Shown here: positions 34,989-44,341 of the stretch, in pieces
Layout: each line of letters begins with the position of its first letter
Position numbering within the stretch: the stretch's first letter is position 1
Assembly (NCBI GenBank): GCA_964631275.1
Contig: CAZVWQ010000002.1
Coordinates: 26,206 to 90,205, forward strand
DNA length: 64,000 nt
Direction of reading: 5' to 3'
From: an uncultured Candidatus Saccharibacteria bacterium
GTDB lineage: Bacteria > Patescibacteriota > JACMRA01
Notes under the pieces: model-generated
What the model saw: the letters and a program-made list of their open reading frames with translations, nothing else
Told to the model about the DNA's origin: nothing
Databases searched by the model: none
Position numbers and translations under genes: made by a program

Positions 34989-35522
34989 ATGACAAACTTA
35001 CCACAAGATATAAAAGAAAAATTTTACAAAACAATTGCTAGTGATATTTCAGCTAATGACTTTGAACAGTGGTTGTATGAGGACAAAGAACTTGAAAAGT
35101 ATTTAAATGTTAATGATTATCTTGAATTAATTTCTTTTAGTTTCAAGCAAGACGAAGTTGAATACGAGTTTTGTAAATTACTAAAAAAGCATATTGATCT
35201 TGGAGAATTTGAAACCTACAAAATCCTGGCACTTTTAAACGAAGCAAAACAAAAGACTGAGAGGCTCGCATATATTTTAATGAAGTTTTATGATTTATAT
35301 TGTGGAGGGTATAGCTTTCTTCAGGATCTTGGGGTTGCGTTTGGGTCTGCGGTTGAAGTTGTGAATGCGTGGGAAAAATTAACCAAAGAACAACAACAAA
35401 AACTCTTAGACAGTTTTTCGCCTGACCTTGAAGAATATATAGAAAAAGTTATTTATTGGCTTGAAACCAAGAGAATTATTTTGACAGGAGGAAGTATATG
35501 TAATTGGTCTTTACAGTTATAA
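34989..35522 (+). CDS. hypothetical protein
   Basis: ORF only. Confidence 0.45.
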   Translation: MTNLPQDIKEKFYKTIASDISANDFEQWLYEDKELEKYLNVNDYLELISFSFKQDEVEYEFCKLLKKHIDLGEFETYKILALLNEAKQKTERLAYILMKFYDLYCGGYSFLQDLGVAFGSAVEVVNAWEKLTKEQQQKLLDSFSPDLEEYIEKVIYWLETKRIILTGGSICNWSLQL

Positions 35523-35825
35523 AGATTTGCGGACAGAAGAGGAGAAAAAACCAAAATTTTTTAGACTTGGTTAATAAAAATAGAAAATAAGGGTTTTAAA
35601 ACAAACCTCCATATTTAGGGAGATTGTCAAAAGAGATTATAGAGAAGTTATAGTAAATCAGTCAATTGAAGTATCACTCAAAATCACTCTTGACCAGTTT
35701 GTTAAGAAAAGCTAAACTTAAACAATTAGCAACAAATGTTACTTAAATTTTGATTCGTAATCATTGGCTATTACATTTGGCTAGCGAGTTTTAGCATAGA
35801 GTATTCCTATTCGCTGTTACCGGTG

Positions 35826-35883
35826 TGGTCATGGATTCGAGTCCCACCATTTCCGCAAGGAAATGTAGCTCAGTTGGTAGAGC
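35826..35883 (+). other. tRNA-like relic in permuted order (T-arm plus 3' acceptor strand, 1 nt, then 5' acceptor strand plus D-arm)
   Basis: ggtc-atgga-ttcgagt-cccac-catttcc-gca a ggaaatg-ta-gctc-agttggta-gagc-a. The acceptor strands are complementary. The T-stem has 2 mismatches. Confidence 0.5.
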
Positions 35884-35951
35884 ACACTTATACTTCGCTA
35901 AAACAAAAATTCAGCACAGAAAGTTCCTTAAATCTGTTTCTACTTTCCGCT

Positions 35952-36699
35952 ATGTCAACTATAAAATTATTTAACAAGGCTTTTAAAAGCCAAGAAATTG
36001 ACTATAGAGTCATTGCCCAGTTGGCTACAAAAGTTGGTTACTTGATCCATCCTGAATGCTGCAGTCAAGAAGTTTTAGAATTTTTAAAGCAACAAAAAAT
36101 AGACTTTAATTCTACTTTTTATCAAGCTTGGGAAGATATAACTTCCAAAAGTAGATAGGAATTATTTATTGACCAAATCATCCACTACACTTCTACATAT
36201 GGTACGAACTTTGAAGGTCAACCTTATTTACCCCAAAAAACTGACCAAATTCCTGAATTTACAAATTTTAAAATCATTTTACCAATAGAAAAATAAGAGG
36301 CTGCTAAGAGATGTGAAGCAAAGCTTAGCTCTGGGATTGCCCTAGCTCAAGAAACAATTAATGATATTTTTAGGATTTTTAAGCAATGCAATTATCAAGT
36401 AAATCTTGAGATTATAAAAAACAAAGAGGCTAAGATGCTGATAGCCAAAGAGCAAGGTATTTTACCAAACAATCCAGTAGAATTTGTTAGATATTTGATT
36501 TATTTTAGCTACTGAAAAAACTTTACTAATCAGAGATAAACAAACTTTAGCAGCTATTAAAGAGTCTGAATTAAATATTACTGATTTAGTTAATCAATTT
36601 GGAATTACTCAATTATCTTCTGTTTTTTTGAGATACAAGCCAATTTTTCTAGCTTTTAAAAAGGCAAATAGGGCTGATTTTTTTACACCTTATAAATAA
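35952..36699 (+). pseudogene. disrupted gene of unknown family (in-frame TAG and TAA plus one frameshift)
   Basis: MSTIKLFNKAF..YQAWEDITSKSR*ELFIDQIIHYTSTYGTNFEGQPYLPQ..PIEK*EAAKRCEAKLSSGIALAQE..VRYLIYF, frameshift, ATEKTLLIRDKQTLAAIKES..FLRYKPIFLAFKKANRADFF. Confidence 0.55.
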
Positions 36700-36771
36700 A
36701 ACTCTAAAAATATAAAATGTAGCTATTTCGTAATCAAATTAGATAGTAGAGATAAATTGAATTTTGAAATC

Positions 36772-36900
36772 ATTAATCATGTCTTAAAATCTTTCAAAAA
36801 TCTTTATTTTTTTGTTAAACAAAGTAAAACTATTAAGTTTCCAAAAATTCAGTACTTTTTAGTTTAAAATAAACAAAAATTAACTTATTTCTTTATACTA
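36772..36900 (+). repeat. repeat family C (shares the family B terminus)
   Basis: attaatcatgtcttaaaatctttcaaaaatc..aaaattcagtactttttagtttaaaataaac.. Confidence 0.6.
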
Positions 36901-37512
36901 AAAAAACATACCAAAAAACCTTGTAGGTAATACACCGACAAGGCTGTTCTTTACAAAACTAAAAATTTATGTAAGATAATGAGGAGCTAGACCCCTGCAT
37001 ACAAAAAACCTGGGTACTGCCCCTCATTGTTAGGTAAGTTTAGCTACAGCTGTTCACAACATCATGGATGCTGTAGACAACTAATGAACTTCATACCCCT
37101 GTTGGAACCAATACGTCCTTAACTATTCACCCTCCCCTTTTTGTTTTTGTTAAAACTTTTGTTTTTGTTTGCGTGTAGAGTATTGGTGTCTTACACACGT
37201 AAGAGAAGGTGAATAAAAAAACCCTCCTCTTGACTTTTGTTTTTGTTTACCATTTTTATTTTTGTTGAAATAAACGGTAAAGGGCTTTGTTATATTTGGA
37301 CAATTGCGTTATTAAGTGCTTCAACTTAGCTCCAACAAAGAAATTATACAGCAACTTTTGAGTGTGGTCAAATTACTAGCTCCAAAATAATGTTTTTACT
37401 TTTTATATGACATTAATTCTGTCTTAAGGCTAAACACAGCCTCTACAAAATTAATCAAAAAATAGTTCTATCCTAAAACTTAAAGAAAAAAGTAAATAAA
37501 TAAAGAAGTAAG

Positions 37513-37664
37513 TTAATAGTCTTGTCTCAAACTTGTCTCAAAACCTTTCAAAAATTATTTTTTTTGATTGACTAAAATAAAAGTAATTATTTTCCATAAA
37601 TTCAACACTTTTTACTTTAGAATAAACAAAAAATAGGTTATTTTTTTTGAGTAATAAGGTAGGT
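37513..37664 (+). repeat. repeat family C
   Basis: ttaatagtcttgtctcaaacttgtctcaaaacctttcaaaaatt..ttcaacactttttactttagaataaac..gagtaataaggtagg. Confidence 0.6.
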
Positions 37665-38051
37665 TTACTTTTTTATTTAAAGCAATTTCACAACACTAAA
37701 CTTTAACATGTACATTTCTGAGCTTATTTAGATTTTCTGACAGGCTAGTTTTACCCTTAAAATAAACCACTTTTTGAAATAGAAAATTTTTACTAACATT
37801 TTTATTCTAAGATATCAACAAAATTAGATTTGAATTAAAAATAGCATGAAATTTCTAAAACCTTTTAATAATCAAGTTTTTAGAGTTTTTTGTGATTAAT
37901 TTGTGATTAAAAATATAAATGCTTAATAAGTTTACATTATTGGCTATTTTTGTTAGTTATTGGCATGACCTTAGTAAATATAAAAAACAACTTGTCAAAA
38001 ATCATTATTTGATTTTCAATTATTGTGCAATTTACAATTTTCCAAAAACTA

Positions 38052-38306
38052 ATGGCCAAAAAAGAAAACACAAAAAAAAGCTCTATATACTTAATTGTTG
38101 CTGGTATAGCTCTCATAGTTGTAGTTATGGTATTTATTATTGTTGCTTTAACAAGATCTAACGAAAATATAATAGATACTGATAACGATAGCTCTTCTGT
38201 TTCTTCACTTTCTATGTCTCCTGAAAGTCTTAACCCAAATTTTGAAGAAGCCCCACAATCACCAGAAAATTTACCTAGTGTACCTATACCAGGTGAAGAT
38301 CAGTAA
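38052..38306 (+). CDS. small single-pass membrane protein (hypothetical)
   Basis: MAKKENTKKSSIYLIVAGIALIVVVMVFIIVAL followed by a S/D/P-rich tail. ATG 38052 preferred over the track's GTG 38025. Confidence 0.45.
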   Translation: MAKKENTKKSSIYLIVAGIALIVVVMVFIIVALTRSNENIIDTDNDSSSVSSLSMSPESLNPNFEEAPQSPENLPSVPIPGEDQ

Positions 38307-38529
38307 TATGGAAGTTTTTAAGTACTATACCCATTCCATAACCAAATTCAACATTAAAGCTAAGCTTAATTCGACTTTAAAGGTATTTTGTAGCTTTTTA
38401 GGATTTAAAAATGTAAATTTTGAAGCTGAATTAAATATACCTATTTTAGGAGATCAAAATTTTGTAAATCTGAGTTATAGAACAAGACTAATAATCAAAC
38501 AGCTTATATAATCATGAGATAGGGACCTA

Positions 38530-40047
38530 TTAGCTAGTCGTAATTAATTCATTCCATTGATTTTTAGGTTTCTCGCTAATTTTGGCCTTTGGGTAAGTTT
38601 TTTTGAATTCTTCTTCATCAACAGAAAATGGTTCTATGCTCTCTAAGGCGTGAATTTTGATTCCGTCAACTTCGGTTATGCCAGAGCGATTAATAGTCAA
38701 AAATATTCCTAAAATTTCAGCTTCTGCCTTTTTTAAAACTTTGATTAGTTTGGCTAAGGTTGTTCCTTGGGTAACTAAGTCTTCAGTAATTACTACTTTT
38801 TGACCTGGTTTAACTTTATGCCTTTTGAAGACGAATTCTGTTTCATGAGCTTTTTTGTTTGCTTCTTCTTTCTCAGCATATAGACTAGGAATATCTAAAA
38901 AGCTAGCCACGTAACTAGAGAGCCTAACTGAACCCATCATAGCTCCTATTGTTAGTTCTGGTTCTAGATTTAGATTTCTAATTAGGCTAGCCATGTCTTG
39001 AGCTAACCTAGATAGGATTTTGGGATTACCGTCTATAGCTCCTCCAATATTTATATAGAATGGACTTAAACGACCAGAAGTTAATCTGCACCAAGTTCCA
39101 TCAGCTTTGTTTTTTTCTTCTAGATAATACACGGCTCCAACTGAACGGAAGAGTTCTACTGGATTAAGGCAGGCGATCTTTTGATCAGAAGTTAAACTTG
39201 ATACAATATCTTTGCCAATGTCGTTTGTTTTTTTGGATAGACTTGACTGATTTTGCAAGTTTTCTTTTTGAGTAGATTTAGAAAATTTTTTGTAGGAATT
39301 TTGTTTATTTATTTGTGTATCTAAAATCTCTGCTAGAATTTTTTCGGTAGCTTTTTTTGGATCTTTGTCATCAATAATAGCCGTACCTACTACCAAACTA
39401 TCAGCTCCATTCTGAATAGCTTCTTTGGGAGTTGTGATACGATTTTGAGTAGAATTACTAACGGCCCAGGTTGGTCTGATGCCTGGGGTTATGATTTTGA
39501 TTTTGGAATTATTTTTATCAATTAAATATTTAGCCATGCTAGCCTCTTTGCCAGAACAAACCAAGCCGTCTAGTTGAGATTCTATAGCTATTTGCATTAG
39601 ATTTTTTACTGCCAAATCTTTGTTTATGCCAGTTTGTAAGGAATATTTTTGAGAGTCTTTGGAGGTTAGGATAGTGACTCCAATCAGCTTGAGATATTTT
39701 CCAGTTTGTTGGTATATTTTGTCTCTAACTTCACTAGCTGCTAAAGCTCCTTCTAGCCCGCAAGATTCTAATTGAATAGTTAAATAATCAAAATACTTAG
39801 CCAAAACTAAAACTCTTTTTGTTATCGTTGAAGGAATATCAGCTAACTTGGCGTCGTACCAGAGTTTGTTTTCTAATCCTTTGAGTCTATCCAGCCCATC
39901 AGCAAAAACTAACTCATCAAAGACAGAATGTATCTTTAGCCCGAGATTCGGGTTTGTTTTAACTATTTCGATAATTTCGTCTACCTTAGAATCTCTGGAT
40001 TCTAGATCAAGAGAAATAAATAGTTGAGGGAAAATAGTAAGAGACAT
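38530..40047 (-). CDS. pyrF-pyrE: fused OMP decarboxylase (N-terminal) and orotate phosphoribosyltransferase (C-terminal)
   Basis: LFISLDLE, WYDAKLADIPST, ITPGIRP (PyrF). VVITEDLVTQGTTLAKL PRPP loop (PyrE). Low-complexity linker in between. Confidence 0.88.
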   Translation of the reverse strand: MSLTIFPQLFISLDLESRDSKVDEIIEIVKTNPNLGLKIHSVFDELVFADGLDRLKGLENKLWYDAKLADIPSTITKRVLVLAKYFDYLTIQLESCGLEGALAASEVRDKIYQQTGKYLKLIGVTILTSKDSQKYSLQTGINKDLAVKNLMQIAIESQLDGLVCSGKEASMAKYLIDKNNSKIKIITPGIRPTWAVSNSTQNRITTPKEAIQNGADSLVVGTAIIDDKDPKKATEKILAEILDTQINKQNSYKKFSKSTQKENLQNQSSLSKKTNDIGKDIVSSLTSDQKIACLNPVELFRSVGAVYYLEEKNKADGTWCRLTSGRLSPFYINIGGAIDGNPKILSRLAQDMASLIRNLNLEPELTIGAMMGSVRLSSYVASFLDIPSLYAEKEEANKKAHETEFVFKRHKVKPGQKVVITEDLVTQGTTLAKLIKVLKKAEAEILGIFLTINRSGITEVDGIKIHALESIEPFSVDEEEFKKTYPKAKISEKPKNQWNELITTS

Positions 40048-40099
40048 AAGTTGGCTTCTGTTATATTATTGATTACTTTATGATTGTAATATCAGTTAT

Positions 40100-40176
40100 A
40101 GCAATTTTACATTTAACTTAGATAAGTTATTAGATATTAAGTTTGTTTTAAAGTAAGTTTAGGATGCCCAAAATAT
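40100..40176 (-). repeat. repeat family F
   Basis: Reverse complement of 10641-10717. Confidence 0.7.
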
Positions 40177-40569
40177 CTAACTGGGATATGGATTAGCTAG
40201 TAGATCATCAACTGGTCTTTCTTCACTTAACTCAAAGTCTATCAAATTTGTTAAAACTAAAAATTTTGAGTATAGGAGTTTTATAGTTTTATTGTCCTCA
40301 ACGAAATATTCTAATATTAAATAAAGATCATAAGAACCTTCTCGAAGATAGTTTATAATGATATTATCGATAATTAAGTTAATCTTAATAGGCTTGTGAC
40401 CTTCTATTATAAGTTTTTCATTTTCAAGTCTTATTTTATGATAAATTTCCCAAAAATATGAATTTCTTTGTAAGGATCTCTTAGCCTTAAAAAATCTATC
40501 AAAATTACGCTCTAATCTAATTTCCTCAATCCTCTCTATGAACTTACGACTTAGATCGATTCCATCCAT
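40177..40569 (-). CDS. hypothetical protein
   Basis: ORF only. Confidence 0.45.
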   Translation of the reverse strand: MDGIDLSRKFIERIEEIRLERNFDRFFKAKRSLQRNSYFWEIYHKIRLENEKLIIEGHKPIKINLIIDNIIINYLREGSYDLYLILEYFVEDNKTIKLLYSKFLVLTNLIDFELSEERPVDDLLANPYPS

Positions 40570-40578
40570 ACTGCATAT

Positions 40579-41898
40579 TTACTTCTCATTTTCTTTTTCA
40601 ACCATTTCTTTTTGGCTGACTTTAAAGTTGGCTTTTAATTTATTCTCGTTTTTTCTTCTAACTTCTTCGGAGATCTTCATCTGCAAGGTATGGATTTCGG
40701 TAAATCCAGCCGAAGCGTTGGTATTGAATTTATAACCCTTAGAATTGCTAAAGCTAGCATGCCCCATACCCCAGGCTGAATCGATAGCCACAGGAGTGGC
40801 TCTACCCTTAAAGAGTTTGACTGTCACTGTGCCGGTAGCTCTTTCGTTGACTTTATCATTAAAAGCATTAATTGCCTCCATACCTGGATCGAACCATTGA
40901 GCAGCGTAGCACAAATAGCCCCACTTGATATCTAGCATGGCTTTAATTTCGTTAGTAGCTCTAGTAGATACATACCTTTCCAATTCTTCATGAGCTCTGA
41001 TAATTATATGCCCTCCTGGGAGTTCATAGACGCCACGATCTTTGAGTCCGATCATTCTGTCTTCAAGCAACTCAACTACTCCAACTCCGTGCTTACCACC
41101 AATTAGGTTTAACTTTTCAATTAATTTTGATAATTTGAGTTTCTCTCCATTCAAGCTAATTGGTAGTCCATGCTCGAATTCTAGCTTGACATACTCTGGT
41201 TCGTCTGGAGCGTTCTCTGGTAGGGTATAGGTAGTTAAGAATCTGTGAAACTGTGGAATCTCGGCTGGGTCTTCTATCTCTCCACCTTCCCAGGTCATTC
41301 CCCACATGTTATCATCAACAGAGTAAGGGAAATCCTCTCTAACAAAGATAGGAATACCATTTTTTTGGGCATATTTGATCTGTTCGTCTCTATCCATATT
41401 CCATTCTCTAACTGGAGCGATAATCTTGATATCTGGGTCGATAGCTAGAGCATAGCCTTCGAATCTAACTTGATCGTTACCCTTACCGGTGGATCCATGA
41501 GCTATAGCGTCACAACCTTCTTGTTTGGCAACTTCCACTCCAATCTGAGAAGTAATTACTCTACCCATAGGGGTCGATAGATGATAGTCACCCTGGTATC
41601 TAGCATTAGCCTTGATTCCTTTGGCGATTACTTCGTCAGCAAATCTATCCTTAGCGTCGTAAACTATAGCTTTTGAAGCTCCAAACTTTAGGGCTTTTTG
41701 CTTGATTGCTTCTAAGTCGTCTCCTTGTTGACCAATGTCTAGAGTTAGAGCTACAATCTCGACTTCGTACATTTCTCGTAGCCAGATAAGCATGGTAGAA
41801 GTGTCCAAACCTCCAGAATATAGCAATAAGACTTTGTTAACATCTCCTTTTTCGGGTTCGTAAGTTGTGATTTTTTTGTAATTAGTTGTAGTTTGCAT
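40579..41898 (-). CDS. argG: argininosuccinate synthase with a K/E-rich C-terminal tail
   Basis: VLLLYSGGLDTS, collinear ArgG throughout, plus about 30 extra aa at the C-terminus. Confidence 0.95.
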   Translation of the reverse strand: MQTTTNYKKITTYEPEKGDVNKVLLLYSGGLDTSTMLIWLREMYEVEIVALTLDIGQQGDDLEAIKQKALKFGASKAIVYDAKDRFADEVIAKGIKANARYQGDYHLSTPMGRVITSQIGVEVAKQEGCDAIAHGSTGKGNDQVRFEGYALAIDPDIKIIAPVREWNMDRDEQIKYAQKNGIPIFVREDFPYSVDDNMWGMTWEGGEIEDPAEIPQFHRFLTTYTLPENAPDEPEYVKLEFEHGLPISLNGEKLKLSKLIEKLNLIGGKHGVGVVELLEDRMIGLKDRGVYELPGGHIIIRAHEELERYVSTRATNEIKAMLDIKWGYLCYAAQWFDPGMEAINAFNDKVNERATGTVTVKLFKGRATPVAIDSAWGMGHASFSNSKGYKFNTNASAGFTEIHTLQMKISEEVRRKNENKLKANFKVSQKEMVEKENEK

Positions 41899-41955
41899 AG
41901 TAAAATAATTAATAAAAATGTTTAAAAAAATAAGTTAGTTTTTTAGTTTTCATAT

Positions 41956-42411
41956 CTACAATGGTAAGGTTTGAAATTGTTGAAAATCTTCAAAATCCTT
42001 AGTATTTTGTGTGAATAAAAAATCAATGTCATTTTCTATTAAAATTGCTGCTAAAACCACATCATGAATATATTTGCTCGTTTTACTAGAAATATTTTCA
42101 AGTAATTCTTGAACCACAAGAACTGTTTTTGTAGAACTTGTTATAATAGAAACACTTCTACTATTTAAAAGTCTTTTGAAAGAGTCTAAGGCTGATTCTG
42201 TAGATTTCATTTTTTTCTTTTGGATAAGATTTTGCATAACTGCATAAAATTCGTATAAAGTTTTATCAGCCAAATAAATTTTAGCATTGAATTGTTTGGC
42301 TTTTTGAAATATTTCCATGCTATTTTTATAATAAAGACTGTCAGGGTTAAGCATATAAACTAGAACATTCGTATCAATAGCCACTTTTTCGTTAAATATA
42401 TTTTTCTTCAT
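41956..42411 (-). CDS. PIN-domain toxin
   Basis: VAIDTNVLVYML and a later D. Overlaps the upstream small gene by 20 nt. Confidence 0.75.
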   Translation of the reverse strand: MKKNIFNEKVAIDTNVLVYMLNPDSLYYKNSMEIFQKAKQFNAKIYLADKTLYEFYAVMQNLIQKKKMKSTESALDSFKRLLNSRSVSIITSSTKTVLVVQELLENISSKTSKYIHDVVLAAILIENDIDFLFTQNTKDFEDFQQFQTLPL

Positions 42412-42637
42412 ATAAATCTTTTTTAGTTAATTTAGTGATATTATGCTTAATTACAGGAAAAGAATCAATAATATCATCCTGATCAATTTTAGCTTGTTTC
42501 ATAGAAGTATCTTCTGGAGTTATCATAAACAAAAAATTACCATGTTTATAAACTTTTACTTTAAACCCTTTTTTTATATAGGATTCTACTTGCCGATAAT
42601 TACGAAAAAGTTGAGTTAAATTGATTTCTTTAAACAT
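42392..42637 (-). CDS. putative antitoxin (Phd/YefM-like size and position)
   Basis: 81 aa, immediately upstream of and overlapping the PIN gene. Confidence 0.55.
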   Translation of the reverse strand: MFKEINLTQLFRNYRQVESYIKKGFKVKVYKHGNFLFMITPEDTSMKQAKIDQDDIIDSFPVIKHNITKLTKKDLYEEKYI

Positions 42638-42649
42638 ATTAAAGAATTT

Positions 42650-42697
42650 GATTTTGTAGTATGATTTTGTAGTATGATTTTAAAACACAATTGTCAA
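42650..42697 (-). promoter_or_regulatory. promoter with a tandem 13-nt direct repeat (candidate operator) upstream of the toxin-antitoxin pair
   Basis: Minus-strand TTGACA (42692-42697). ATACTACAAAATC occurs twice (42650-42675) and overlaps the -10 position. Confidence 0.45.
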
Positions 42698-42765
42698 GAA
42701 GTATTTAGTATAAATAATTTTAAAAGTTATATTTTATAGCCACATTAGGTATAGCAAATAAAAAC

Positions 42766-42975
42766 CTAATAGGCAACCAAATAAATCCAAAAATTGATAT
42801 TTAGATTAAAGTTATTAAACTCAGAGCCAAGTAAAAAAGTTAAGTTTATTAGGATCATTCCTAAGCTAATCCCAAAAATAAAGGTATAAATATCCATCTT
42901 GATAGCTAGGCTTTTGGCCATGGCATCCTTTATGGATTGTAAAAAAGCACTTAATAGAACCAGTAATACAAACAT
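42766..42975 (-). pseudogene. N-terminal fragment of a DMT/EamA-like transporter (truncated)
   Basis: 69 aa with two TM helices and nothing further. Confidence 0.3.
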
Positions 42976-42977
42976 AA

Positions 42978-43961
42978 TTAATCATTTATCCCCAAGGCTT
43001 TTCTACCGTTTATAGTGGCAATTTCTACTAATTCTTGAATTTCTAAGAACCTGTTTCCTTGAGCTAGTAATCTAAGTTCTGGCCACATATCACCATCATT
43101 AAAAGGTAGCATATAGTCTGCGATGTTGTCCGTTCCTATAGCTACAGGAATGCCATATTCATACATTTCATCAACAGGAGTGAGAGCGTTATGAAAAGGC
43201 TGTAGAGTTTCATTTCTGTTAGCGTCAATCCAGGCAAAAGGACAAGCAATCACTATAATGTCAGCCTCTTTCAATTTCTGATAAACTTTCTTTCTATAAT
43301 CTAGAGGGTGAGATGCTACCGAAATACTGTGAATAGCACAAACTCTAGACTGCATTTCATGCTGTATAGTTTTTTCTGCTAAAAGCATGGTTTCAGTATC
43401 TTCGACAATATTGAACTGATCTACGTGAACATGAACTAATTTGTTTAAATTTTTACCAGTTTCTAAAACTAAATCTAAATGCTTAGCTCCATACCCGGGA
43501 CCAAAGTCTCTTTCATCTCGCCTAGGTAAACTACCTATTATATCGCACATCTGGGAACCTATCTCAAACCACTTTCTAGCTTCTTTTTCAAAGACCCCTT
43601 TTAAAGTTTGATTGATATATTTAATTTCTAACTTATCTTTGTAGATTTCTCTAGCTTTTAAGGCACCTTTGATAGCTCTATCTTCAGCTACAGGATCAAC
43701 ATCAACAAAAGATCCAACCACTGTCACCCCTTGTTGTATCATCAACTCAAAAGCCATACAATATCTCTCACAATACTGATCCACACTAGCATCTTTAACC
43801 TCATCCACGATATCCCATTTTTCATAGAGATGTTTAGTTTTGTAAATATCTAGCTTATCAGGATTAATTGTAAATGCCCTATCAGCATGGACGTGAGCAT
43901 TCACCCAACCACCATTTTTTTTGATTTCTTGAAGTATTAAATTTTTAAAATTCCAATTCAT
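42978..43961 (-). CDS. amidohydrolase-superfamily deaminase (cytosine deaminase-like)
   Basis: NAHVHADRAF (HxH), VHVHVDQ, AIHSIS and IGTDN metal-ligand pattern. Confidence 0.78.
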   Translation of the reverse strand: MNWNFKNLILQEIKKNGGWVNAHVHADRAFTINPDKLDIYKTKHLYEKWDIVDEVKDASVDQYCERYCMAFELMIQQGVTVVGSFVDVDPVAEDRAIKGALKAREIYKDKLEIKYINQTLKGVFEKEARKWFEIGSQMCDIIGSLPRRDERDFGPGYGAKHLDLVLETGKNLNKLVHVHVDQFNIVEDTETMLLAEKTIQHEMQSRVCAIHSISVASHPLDYRKKVYQKLKEADIIVIACPFAWIDANRNETLQPFHNALTPVDEMYEYGIPVAIGTDNIADYMLPFNDGDMWPELRLLAQGNRFLEIQELVEIATINGRKALGIND

Positions 43962-44003
43962 AAAAACTTTTTATAAAAATAAAGTTAAATCAATAATTTT
44001 ATA

Positions 44004-44030
44004 CAAAAAAAACTAGCCAATTAGGCTAGT
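44004..44030 (-). terminator. rho-independent terminator
   Basis: Minus strand reads ACTAGCC-TAATT-GGCTAGT followed by a run of nine T. Confidence 0.5.
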
Positions 44031-44154
44031 ATGTTGAGTATTATTGTGTATGTCAAGCTAGTAGATTATTACTCAAATTAACTTAAACTAAGCTTTTTTA
44101 ATTTACAAATTCTTTTTGATGTTGGTTAAACCTATCTAAAACCAAAAATTTATA

Positions 44155-44282
44155 ATTAATCTTGTCTCAAAACTTTTTAAAAACTTTTTTGATTAAATAA
44201 AACAAAAGTAGCAAATTTTTATAAATTCAGTACTTTTTACTTTAAAATAAAAAGAAATTGTTTTTTTGAGTAAATGGTAAGG
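44155..44282 (+). repeat. repeat family C
   Basis: attaatcttgtctcaaaactttttaaaaac..aaattcagtactttttactttaaaataaaa..gagtaaatggtaagg. Confidence 0.6.
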
Positions 44283-44341
44283 CCTAAAAATCAGGCAAAC
44301 CATAGGCTATAATTAATTTTACATCTAATTAGCTAAGCAAT

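Noticed and set aside
35826-35883. Functional circularly permuted tRNA gene
   Set aside because: The T-stem has two mismatches, including the conserved G53-C61 position. No clean anticodon arm is present, and bacteria lack the splicing and circularisation machinery that such genes require.
35823-36158. 111-aa ORF from the track
   Set aside because: Its first ~40 codons translate the tRNA-like relic and non-coding DNA. Only the part from ATG 35952 looks like protein, and that part belongs to a disrupted gene.
36919-37330. RNase P RNA, tmRNA, SRP RNA or a known riboswitch
   Set aside because: I could not find the conserved strings on either strand. These include GAGGAAAGTCC and ACAGAA..GGCTTA for RNase P, a tRNA-like end with TCCACCA for tmRNA, and GGAAGGAAGCAGC-like for SRP. 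The region is kept only as an unclassified structured candidate.
37919-38511. ORFs 37919-38161 and 38242-38511
   Set aside because: They overlap repeat families (the 18.5/37.8-kb family, and families E and B) and the better small membrane ORF. Their composition is repeat-derived.
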